Origin: Candidatus Nanopusillus sp. | GTDB lineage: Archaea; Nanobdellota; Nanobdellia; Nanobdellales; Nanobdellaceae | Assembly (NCBI GenBank): GCA_036845085.1 | Contig: DAIUEN010000003.1 | Location: forward strand, 1-28,684 | DNA length: 28,684 bases | Reading direction: 5' to 3' | Shown here: positions 8,206 through 16,020 of the stretch, one piece after another | Numbering within the stretch: the first letter of the stretch is position 1 | Layout of the letters: each line of letters starts with the position of its first letter | Position numbers and translations under genes: made by a program | The notes under the pieces: generated by a model | The model's input: the letters and a program-made list of their open reading frames with translations, nothing else | What the model was told of the DNA's origin: nothing | Database searches by the model: none

Positions 8206-8514
8206 TTAGAAGCCAAATAACGATGATAATCCTTCTAATGCTTGCTCTTCTTTCTTTTCTTCTTTTGGTTGTTCTTGTTTTACTTGTTGTTGTGGCTGTG
8301 GCGCAACTTGTACCTGAACTGGTGCTCCTACTGATAAGGACTCTTGTTTAATTTTCTCAAAATCTATTCCTTGTATAGCGGCTAATACCGCATTTATCAT
8401 TGCATCATTTGGTTGAATTCCTACACTGTTTAATACCTTCTTTAAATTATCTGCATTTATCTCTACATTTGCTTCTTTTAGTAACCATACAGCATATATA
8501 TATTCCATAGCCAT
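8206..8514 (-). CDS. rpl12: Ribosomal stalk protein P1 (aL12)
   Basis: MEYIYAVWLL..., a helical N-domain, a Q/P/E/K-rich hinge and the stalk C-terminus LEGLSSLFGF. Confidence 0.85.
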   Translation of the reverse strand: MAMEYIYAVWLLKEANVEINADNLKKVLNSVGIQPNDAMINAVLAAIQGIDFEKIKQESLSVGAPVQVQVAPQPQQQVKQEQPKEEKKEEQALEGLSSLFGF

Positions 8515-8536
8515 TTAATGAAAGTTATTAAGAAAT

Positions 8537-8546
8537 ATTTATAAAA
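8537..8546 (-). promoter_or_regulatory. TATA-like box (TTTTATAAAT on the minus strand) at -32..-23 of the P1 ATG
   Basis: Position counted by hand. There is no Shine-Dalgarno-like purine run between the box and the ATG, which suggests a leaderless transcript. Confidence 0.35.
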
Positions 8547-8563
8547 TTACATAATAATACATT

Positions 8564-9676
8564 TTACTTATTCAACGGCTCAAACTTTTCAATAAGTTTT
8601 TCTATTACTTTTGGTAAGGTTGTATCTCTATAATCTTCAACTCTATGAGGAGTAAATGGACCATGACTTCTTATGTATGAAGCAATTTTGTTAGCTAATC
8701 TTCTTGTTTCATCAAATGCTGGATCATCAAATAAATCAGCCGGTCCTACAAGTTTTCCATTTTTTATTTGAAAACCTAAAGCAATAACTCTTGCTGGACC
8801 ATCAAATCTGGTAGGGTGAGCCTCTTTTACAGATACTGGCATCAAAGGCCCCCAATGTAATCCCCTTAGCCATCCTTTAACTAAGTATGGTAAAGTAAAT
8901 GGCTCTAATATTTCTCCTAAAGAAGGCAAACCTTTCTGAGCTCTAACTACCATTACTGGATCGTCTTTTCCAACGTATTTACCGGCAATTTCGTTTAATC
9001 TCTCTGAAGAAGACACAGCTACTGCCTCATCCTCAGGTATTATACTACCCGGCTTAGGAAATATTCTCTTTACTATAAATCTACTACTATGTCCTATTAA
9101 AGCTAAAATCTTATAATAATCTTCTGGTGTATTCATAAAAGTCCTCTTATGATTCTCTAAATCCCAAATTTCAAATTTGAATCCATTAATTAGATTAAGA
9201 TCTGCATATAAACCTGGTGTGTTGAAAGGATCTGCAAATATTTTAAACAGAGGTAAATTAAAGGCTCCAGCTTCAGTTTTATCTGCCCCAAATACAACTA
9301 ATGTTTCTGGGGTTCTTTCTAGAAAACTAAGTTCTGCAACACCAGCACCATTTTTTGATATATCTCCATCAAAATTGTTAGTTATAATATCAACGCCAGC
9401 ACCATAAAGATTTAATTCTTTTGCCACCTTGGTACATTTTTGAAATACTTTAAATGCTAATTCATGAATATTATAATTAGATTCCCCCTTATTATGAGTT
9501 AATATTAATATTAGATCGTCCCCCACATGGGTTACATGGAAATCAAATATTAGCTCATCTTTAGCTTCTTCTAATACAGATTCTGCAACATCTAATAAAG
9601 CGGGATGTGTTATATGATTTCCCGCCATACTGCCAACGTCTGCTTTTATTACACTCAAGGTTATTTTATTCTCCAT
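8564..9676 (-). CDS. fbp: Fructose-1,6-bisphosphate aldolase/phosphatase (class V FBPase)
   Basis: N-terminal ITLSVIKADVGSMAGNH, a length of about 370 aa and motifs conserved throughout (GAGVAEL, MVVRAQKGLPSLGE, GWLRGLHWGPLMPV) are typical of the archaeal bifunctional FBPA/P family. Confidence 0.9.
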   Translation of the reverse strand: MENKITLSVIKADVGSMAGNHITHPALLDVAESVLEEAKDELIFDFHVTHVGDDLILILTHNKGESNYNIHELAFKVFQKCTKVAKELNLYGAGVDIITNNFDGDISKNGAGVAELSFLERTPETLVVFGADKTEAGAFNLPLFKIFADPFNTPGLYADLNLINGFKFEIWDLENHKRTFMNTPEDYYKILALIGHSSRFIVKRIFPKPGSIIPEDEAVAVSSSERLNEIAGKYVGKDDPVMVVRAQKGLPSLGEILEPFTLPYLVKGWLRGLHWGPLMPVSVKEAHPTRFDGPARVIALGFQIKNGKLVGPADLFDDPAFDETRRLANKIASYIRSHGPFTPHRVEDYRDTTLPKVIEKLIEKFEPLNK

Positions 9677-9747
9677 ATAACAATATTATATATCGGTATT
9701 TATAACTATCAAAATAAATATAAATATACAAAGATTTCTTATAGATT

Positions 9748-11940
9748 ATGAAAAGATCTCTGTTAAGTGAAATTCTTGAGATAATACGAGGAATAATAAT
9801 CTTTTTAATAATATTAATTGGGATGTATTTTATATTAACACAAGTACTAAAAATACAATTCCCATTTTATCAACCAAAATCTTCATCGGTACCAACTCTT
9901 GAAATAAAAGAAAATCAGAATTTCAGTAACCAAGAATTAGAATATGAAAAAACAAAAGTTTTTGTAGTAGTGTCAATTCAAAATGGCAACTTTTTTTCAT
10001 TAGGAAATCTACCTGGAAGTTGTAAATATAACTTATCTTTTTCTTGTATCGGTACCAATTGTCAAGGATTGTCTGTAGGAAAATTCATAGTCGGAAACAA
10101 AAAATTAGATTATCTAGTAAATAATACTACAAATGTCTATGATGCTGAAGTACTAATTGGAGAAAATATAGGAATAAAAGTTGTAGGAAAATTAACAGAC
10201 GGTCAACAATCTGGAATAAAATTGACTTGTAACGGAATGCCCTGCGAATTCATAAAATACGAATCTGAAATATCTCGAAAACAATCTGCATTATTATGTA
10301 TATTATGCAAAGGAGGAAATGCTTCTTCTCAAGTTTATTATACCTTAGAAAATCCAATAGAAATAGAACTTGAAGCCCCAGGATATAATTATAAGCAGAA
10401 TATTATACTATACAATAGAACTGTTATTACCTTAGAATTAGATTCTTCATTGCCATATCAAGTATATGCAATATCAATATCTAAAGACAATCCATTAGTA
10501 AAACAAATGAACACTGAAGCTAAAAATACATTAAATGAAAGTAATCCGGTTAATAGTGATTTTATTATGCAAAACGTATTTTTTTATGTACTAAAAGACA
10601 ATAAATATTATATAATACCTTCTTGGTATGCTGGAGAAATATACGACAAATATGTATGGTATGTAAATACATTAGATTTTAGTTCTGAGCAAACCGAATG
10701 TGGCTTTTTCTCAGTTTTCATGGGTATAACCGATAAAAATATTAATATGTATGCTTTATTTCCAGGATTTGTTGGAGCATATAAAGATCTTTTAGCCCCT
10801 TCAAAATGGAGAATATATTATGACAATGGAGAACAAGTATTCCCTTATTATTATAGTATAGATTCTGATGGGTATGGTTATGGAAGTTTTCCATCAGAAA
10901 ATGTAATAGAAAGTAAAATAAAAATATTTAGATATTACTGTATTAATATTCCAGATAACAGAGAAAATAAAATTAATATTTATGGATTTGATTTAATAGG
11001 TCATAAAAGAAATACTAAAAATTTATATTATAATGGACTATATTTTACTCCTCTAAATAGATATGCTCAGTACTATGTTACCTTTGTTAAAGATGAAAAT
11101 TCGTGTACTGGTTCATTTTATGAATTTGGTACTCCTGAAAGAAATCCTCCGTTAATATTACCTGGAAATTCGTGGACTTCTAGTTTAGTATTTCTACAAA
11201 GTTCAATGATAGACAAATTTTATATGGAATTTGAAAAAAACAGTATTCTTTCTCTTTATATGTATTTATATGTAAATGGTAGTACTATATATGGCAGCGG
11301 CTGTGATGCTTATAGTATTTCAATATTTCCAGTAGAACAATTCGCCCAAGTAAGATCATTAAATCAGTTTAAAGGTATTATTGGAGATGGATCTGGAGGG
11401 CCAGTTTTATTACCAAATGGCTCTTTTACAACAATATATAATTTCTGTAAAGGACATAAAGAAGGAGAATATACAGGGAAAGTTAAGATAATATTCGAAA
11501 AAGGATCTTTTGGTATAGATAGCAAAGGATATGCTGAATTAGAAGGATATAAAGAATATACATCCGTAGATAAAAATTACTATGGAGTTATTTTAACAAA
11601 TATAAAGAAAAATATTTTAGATGTATATATATCTGCAAGATTATATACTCCATCTTCAGGAAACACACATAATCCTTTATCTCCAATCATTAGCAAAACT
11701 GGTCCAAAACTGAATGGATATTATGGTATTTTTTCAGTAACATTTAATGAAGAATACCAAAAAGATTCTTATCCTTTATCTAATTTTGATACTTATAATT
11801 TAGATGCTTGGAAAAATTCCAATTTTCCATTAAAGAATTCTATATTAATATCTGGTGGAGTTGGAGAAACAAATAGTAAAGGATATTTAAACTGGTTAGT
11901 TATTACATTTAATAAAATAAAAACTTATGAAATAAAATAA
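9748..11940 (+). CDS. Large secreted or surface protein (730 aa), hypothetical, with a pilin-like N-terminus
   Basis: MKR-SLLSEIL-EIIRGIIIFLIILIGMYFIL N-terminus. The body looks beta-rich and is rich in Tyr/Asn/Gly, with several Cys clusters (GSCKYNLSFSCIGTNCQG, LTCNGMPCEF, LLCILCKGG) and many N-x-S/T sequons. No family recognised. Confidence 0.7.
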   Translation: MKRSLLSEILEIIRGIIIFLIILIGMYFILTQVLKIQFPFYQPKSSSVPTLEIKENQNFSNQELEYEKTKVFVVVSIQNGNFFSLGNLPGSCKYNLSFSCIGTNCQGLSVGKFIVGNKKLDYLVNNTTNVYDAEVLIGENIGIKVVGKLTDGQQSGIKLTCNGMPCEFIKYESEISRKQSALLCILCKGGNASSQVYYTLENPIEIELEAPGYNYKQNIILYNRTVITLELDSSLPYQVYAISISKDNPLVKQMNTEAKNTLNESNPVNSDFIMQNVFFYVLKDNKYYIIPSWYAGEIYDKYVWYVNTLDFSSEQTECGFFSVFMGITDKNINMYALFPGFVGAYKDLLAPSKWRIYYDNGEQVFPYYYSIDSDGYGYGSFPSENVIESKIKIFRYYCINIPDNRENKINIYGFDLIGHKRNTKNLYYNGLYFTPLNRYAQYYVTFVKDENSCTGSFYEFGTPERNPPLILPGNSWTSSLVFLQSSMIDKFYMEFEKNSILSLYMYLYVNGSTIYGSGCDAYSISIFPVEQFAQVRSLNQFKGIIGDGSGGPVLLPNGSFTTIYNFCKGHKEGEYTGKVKIIFEKGSFGIDSKGYAELEGYKEYTSVDKNYYGVILTNIKKNILDVYISARLYTPSSGNTHNPLSPIISKTGPKLNGYYGIFSVTFNEEYQKDSYPLSNFDTYNLDAWKNSNFPLKNSILISGGVGETNSKGYLNWLVITFNKIKTYEIK

Positions 11941-11960
11941 AAACTATAAATTTCCATAGT

Positions 11961-12008
11961 TTTTACCTTTATTTAAGTATGGGCCCGGGGGGATTCGAAC
12001 CCCCGACC
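11961..12008. repeat. Right copy of the perfect 48-nt inverted repeat (tRNA-Ile 3' portion plus 19 nt of trailer)
   Basis: Exact reverse complement of 3603-3650. Confidence 0.9.
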
Positions 12009-12068
12009 TCCGGCTTTCTCAGGGTCGGCCATATAAGGCCGGCGCTCTTACCCCTGAGCTACGGGCCC
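11980..12068 (-). tRNA. tRNA-Ile (anticodon UAU) with a 16-nt intron after position 37
   Basis: Minus-strand read: GGGCCCG TA GCTC AGGGGTAA GAGC G CCGGC CT-TAT-A [TGGCCGACCCTGAGAA] A GCCGG AGGTC GGGGG TTCGAAT CCCCC CGGGCCC A. The mature form is 73 nt. The cloverleaf closes only if the 16 nt are removed. Confidence 0.85.
12016..12031 (-). other. tRNA-Ile intron (canonical 37/38 position)
   Basis: A 16-nt insert between A37 and A38. Its removal restores the 7-nt loop CTTATAA and the 5-bp CCGGC/GCCGG anticodon stem. The exact junction can slide by one A. I could not draw a textbook bulge-helix-bulge by eye. Confidence 0.6.
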
Positions 12069-12085
12069 ATTCCTAATTCTATATG

Positions 12086-12095
12086 TAAATATAAG
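12086..12095 (+). promoter_or_regulatory. TATA-like box (TAAATATAAG) at -31..-22 of the mcm ATG
   Basis: Hand-counted spacing in the 48-nt divergent spacer between tRNA-Ile and mcm. It implies a leaderless mcm mRNA. Confidence 0.35.
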
Positions 12096-12116
12096 ATTTT
12101 TTTATAAATATTATTT

Positions 12117-14132
12117 ATGGTTTCTGTAAAAGAAATATCAAAAGAAAACCAAATATCGGAAGATTTCTTAAGAAATTTATTCGAATTATCAAAAGAAGAA
12201 ATTTCCAAATTTTTGTTGGAGCAGGATAAATCAATTACAATTAGTTATGATAAAATAGCTGAAGTATTTCCAATAGAAATATTAGAAAAAATATTCAACA
12301 ATCCAGACATTTATTTAAAGCAAATTACAGATTACTTTTCTATCAAAATTGGAAAAGGCGTCATAGTAAGAATAAAAAGACTACCTGAAAAGCTAAGATA
12401 TGTAAGGATAAGAGATATAAGATCTACTCACAAGAATAAATTGATACAAACAGAAGGAATCATAAAAATATCTTCCGAAGTTAGACCATTTATTGTTAGA
12501 ACAAAATTTCTTCATCAGAGTTGTGGTGGAGAATTTTGGGTAAAAACAGAAAATTTTAGAATAGAATCGCCAAAAAAATGTCCGATTTGTGGAGAAACTT
12601 CTGGAAAGTTTATAGAGGTAGAGCATGAAGACATAGACATACAAAGACTTTTAATAGAAGAAACGCCAGATCAAATTGAAAAAGGAGAACAACCAGCTCA
12701 AATAACAGTAATATTAACAAATGATTTGTGTGAACCTAAAATGGAGAGAAAAACACTACCAGGTATAAGAGTTAAAATTATTGGAATAGTTAGAGAACTC
12801 ATACCAAAAAAGAATCAAGCAATATCTGATTTATATATAGAAGCTTTACACATAGAGCCAGTAGATAGAGATATTGAAGATTTAATGATACTGCCAGAAG
12901 ATGAAAAAAAGATAATTGAGCTTTCAAAAAACCAGAATATATTAGATATAATAGCTAAATCTATAGCACCGGGCTTATATGGAAAAGATTACGATATAAT
13001 TAAAAAAGCAGTAGCATTACAATTAGTTAGCGGGGGTAAAAAGAAAGTTAACAGATTGGAAGAAAGAAGAAATATACATATACTAATTATAGGAGATCCT
13101 GGTGTTGGTAAATCACAATTTTTAAGATATATAACTAAATTAGCTCCAAAATCTAGATATGTTGTAGGTGTTACAGCTTCTTCTGTTGGTCTAACAGCTT
13201 CTGTAAGAAAAGATGAAATATTAAAAGGAGGTTGGGTTTTAGAGGCTGGAGCCCTTGTTTTAGCATCCGGTGGAATTGTATGTATAGATGAATTAGATAA
13301 ACTATCTGAAGATGAACTTATGGCTTTACACGAAGCAATGGAACAACAAACAATTACAATAGATAAAGCAAATATACACGTAACATTAAGAACAGAAGCT
13401 TCTATACTTGCAGCAGCAAACCCTAAATTCGGGAGGTGGGATAAGATGAAAAATATAACAGACCAAATAGACCTTCCTCCAACAATAATAAATAGGTTCG
13501 ATCTAATTTTTATATTAATAGATGAACCTAATCCTGAACAAGATTCATATATAGTTAAAGAAATATTAAAAGGTTTGGATAAAGAGGAACAGCCATTAAT
13601 TCCAGAAGATTTATTAACAAAATATATATTATACGCTAAAAAAATAGAGCCAGAATGGACAGATAAAGCAAAAGAAGCTGTTGAAAAGTTTTATTTAGAA
13701 TTAAGAAAAAAAGCCAGTAATAATGCTATACCAATAACTGCAAGACAACTACAATCTATAATAAGATTGGCAGAAGCTTCTGCTAAGATAAGATTATCTA
13801 AAATTGTAACAGAAGATGATGTAAGACTAGCTGAAGAGTTAATGATGTATAGTTTAAGACAAGTAGGAATAAATCCTGAAACAAAATCACCAGATATAGA
13901 TATATTAATGACTGGAATTTCTTCAACCCAAAGGCAAAGAATATCAACATTAATAGATATAATAAAGGATTTAGAAAAAGATTTCCCAAATGGAGTTCCA
14001 TATGAAGAAATATTAAATAAAGCAAAAGAAAAAGGATTCGAAGAAAGTAAAATAAAAGAAACTTTAGATAAGTTACTAAAAGAAGGATATATATATGAAT
14101 CTGGTGATAAAAAATATAAGGTTATAAGATGA
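12117..14132 (+). CDS. mcm: MCM replicative helicase
   Basis: Zn motif CGGEF...CPICGE, Walker A IIGDPGVGKSQ, Walker B CIDELDKL, SILAAANP, arginine-finger region NRFDLIF and a C-terminal winged-helix-like tail. Confidence 0.95.
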   Translation: MVSVKEISKENQISEDFLRNLFELSKEEISKFLLEQDKSITISYDKIAEVFPIEILEKIFNNPDIYLKQITDYFSIKIGKGVIVRIKRLPEKLRYVRIRDIRSTHKNKLIQTEGIIKISSEVRPFIVRTKFLHQSCGGEFWVKTENFRIESPKKCPICGETSGKFIEVEHEDIDIQRLLIEETPDQIEKGEQPAQITVILTNDLCEPKMERKTLPGIRVKIIGIVRELIPKKNQAISDLYIEALHIEPVDRDIEDLMILPEDEKKIIELSKNQNILDIIAKSIAPGLYGKDYDIIKKAVALQLVSGGKKKVNRLEERRNIHILIIGDPGVGKSQFLRYITKLAPKSRYVVGVTASSVGLTASVRKDEILKGGWVLEAGALVLASGGIVCIDELDKLSEDELMALHEAMEQQTITIDKANIHVTLRTEASILAAANPKFGRWDKMKNITDQIDLPPTIINRFDLIFILIDEPNPEQDSYIVKEILKGLDKEEQPLIPEDLLTKYILYAKKIEPEWTDKAKEAVEKFYLELRKKASNNAIPITARQLQSIIRLAEASAKIRLSKIVTEDDVRLAEELMMYSLRQVGINPETKSPDIDILMTGISSTQRQRISTLIDIIKDLEKDFPNGVPYEEILNKAKEKGFEESKIKETLDKLLKEGYIYESGDKKYKVIR

Positions 14133-14737
14133 TAATCGCTTTATCAAAAGATCTTAATAATTTAATAGGAAAAAAAGTTGTTTTAATTGGTAAAGTAATA
14201 GATATTGTAAATGAAAAAAAATTCATAAAAATAAAATTATTAGATAAGTACGGATATATAAATTTGATCTCTTTTGAATATTTTGATATAAAACTATTTG
14301 ATACAGTAATGGTTATAGGACTAGTAAAAACATTTAATAATGAAACATATGTAAAAGTTATTGATATCATAAATTTTTACAGTATTGATGATGAACTATT
14401 TTGGAGAAAAGCATTTATAAATAAGTATAAAAAAAGAATGAAAAGTAAAAAGATTGTTAGTAGAAAAAAAGTAGATAATAATGCTGAAGAGAAAACAAAT
14501 AATGAAGAAAAAATATTTTATGATCAAGATGCTATATTATACGAAAATAAAGAAATATTATTAAGAAAAAAGATATTAGATTTTATAAGAAATTTCGGTG
14601 AAAAAGATGGAGTAAGTTTTGAAGATATATTAAAAAATTTCGATATTGGTGAAGAAAAATTATATAATATAATAAAAGAACTTTTATCTGCGGGAGAAAT
14701 ATATGAAGTTTCCCAAGGTAGATATAAAGCTATATAG
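14129..14737 (+). CDS. OB-fold plus winged-helix protein, RPA32/Stn1-like (putative ssDNA-binding or replisome accessory)
   Basis: The N-terminal pattern LIGKKVVLIGKVIDIV..FIKIKLLDKYGYINLISF...VMVIGLVKTF resembles the RPA2/Stn1-type OB. A Lys-rich linker follows, then C-terminal ILDFIRNFGEKDGVSFEDIL....LYNIIKELLSAGEIYE..GRYKAI (wHTH). The ATG overlaps the mcm stop (ATGA). Confidence 0.45.
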   Translation: MIIALSKDLNNLIGKKVVLIGKVIDIVNEKKFIKIKLLDKYGYINLISFEYFDIKLFDTVMVIGLVKTFNNETYVKVIDIINFYSIDDELFWRKAFINKYKKRMKSKKIVSRKKVDNNAEEKTNNEEKIFYDQDAILYENKEILLRKKILDFIRNFGEKDGVSFEDILKNFDIGEEKLYNIIKELLSAGEIYEVSQGRYKAI

Positions 14738-14757
14738 ATTTTTAATAATCTAGTAGT

Positions 14758-15189
14758 ATGATACCTTCATATGAAGAAATGCTTAATGAGGCATATGAAG
14801 AACTAAAAAAAACAATAGAAGTAAAGTCCTCTACAGAAGGCCTAAAGGTTGTACCTTTGCCAAAAGTAAGCTACGTTGGAAAATGGACTTCAATAGATAA
14901 TTCTAAAGAGATATGTTACGTATTAGAAAGAAACATAGATCTATTAGCAGAATTTCTACAAAAAGAATTTTCTATACCATCAAAAATAGAAAGTGACAAA
15001 AAAATAATATTACAGAAAAAGATTGAATTTGAAAAGATAAAAGAAAAGATAGACAAATTTGTAGAGATATTTGTTAAGTGTCCTGCATGTAAAAAATTAG
15101 ATACAAAACTAATAAAAATTAATAGAGTCTACTATATAAAATGCACGGTCTGTGGAGCGGAGAGTCCAGTAATCTATAAAATAAGATGA
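14758..15189 (+). CDS. eif2b: Translation initiation factor aIF-2 beta subunit
   Basis: YEEMLNEAYE start, central aIF2beta/eIF5-type domain and a C-terminal zinc ribbon CPACKKLDT...CTVCGAE. Confidence 0.85.
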   Translation: MIPSYEEMLNEAYEELKKTIEVKSSTEGLKVVPLPKVSYVGKWTSIDNSKEICYVLERNIDLLAEFLQKEFSIPSKIESDKKIILQKKIEFEKIKEKIDKFVEIFVKCPACKKLDTKLIKINRVYYIKCTVCGAESPVIYKIR

Positions 15190-15476
15190 TACTTTATAGA
15201 GAAATAAAATATAATGATAAAAAAATGGTAATAATATGTGATAAAGATCTATATGGAAAAAAATTTGAAGAAGAAGGAAAAATATTAGAAATAAATGAAT
15301 TTTTTAAAGGAAGAGAAATTTCAGAACTGGAAGATATAAGTTCCGCATCTGTAATATTCGCTGTTGGAGAAAAATCTATAAGTATACTATTAAATAAAAA
15401 AGTTATTGATGAAGACGACCTAAAGAATGTTAAAAAAATACAAAACGTACCATATCTATTTATTATAATGATATGA
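15186..15476 (+). CDS. DUF424-like small conserved archaeal protein
   Basis: 96 aa with VIICDKDLYGKKFEEEGKILEI..FFKG and VGEKSI motifs resembling DUF424/COG2412. It has 4-nt ATGA overlaps with both neighbours. Confidence 0.45.
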   Translation: MILYREIKYNDKKMVIICDKDLYGKKFEEEGKILEINEFFKGREISELEDISSASVIFAVGEKSISILLNKKVIDEDDLKNVKKIQNVPYLFIIMI

Positions 15477-16006
15477 AAAGAATATGTCCAAAATGCGGTA
15501 AGGAAACAGAAAAACTATATAATGGATTATGTTATGTTTGTTATAAAGAAAGTACAGTAAATTTTGAAATAAAAAAGAAAAAAATATATATATGTAGACA
15601 TTGTAAAAGGGTAAAAATAGATAATAAATGGTATGATAATTTTGATATAAATGAAAATTATGACATAAAATATATTACATGTAATACTTGCAAAAAATTT
15701 GTATCAAAGGGACATAATATAATTCTACAAATTAGAGAAATTAAAGATAAAGAAATAATCAACAGAATCATAAGTTTTATTAATAATAATAAAGACGCTA
15801 TAAAAAAAACAGAAACAAATGATGAAAAAGTAGATTTTTATATAAAAACTAATGATAAAAATATAAAGAATTATATCAAATTTTTAAAGAATTTTGGAAA
15901 ACTTAAAATAACCAGAAAACTAAAAGGATATGATAAACAAAAATCTAAGAAAAAGTATATTATAACTATTTTGTTATTTTTAAATTTAAACAGTAAAAAT
16001 TATTAA
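15473..16006 (+). CDS. Compact NMD3-family protein (177 aa)
   Basis: Four CxxC pairs (CPKCG, CYVCY, CRHCK, CNTCK) in NMD3 N-domain order, followed by ILQIRE and a KLKGYD segment. From memory it is about half the length of typical archaeal NMD3 homologues. Confidence 0.5.
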   Translation: MKRICPKCGKETEKLYNGLCYVCYKESTVNFEIKKKKIYICRHCKRVKIDNKWYDNFDINENYDIKYITCNTCKKFVSKGHNIILQIREIKDKEIINRIISFINNNKDAIKKTETNDEKVDFYIKTNDKNIKNYIKFLKNFGKLKITRKLKGYDKQKSKKKYIITILLFLNLNSKNY

Positions 16007-16020
16007 ACTTTATGGTAATT

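Noticed and set aside
3632-11979. An integrated mobile or viral element, suggested by tRNA-derived repeats at both ends of an 8.3 kb block.
   Set aside because: The repeats are inverted rather than direct, unlike att sites. There is no integrase, transposase or viral gene. The block carries essential housekeeping genes (alaS, P1, fbp). Inversion, gene conversion or a shared trailer element explains it better.
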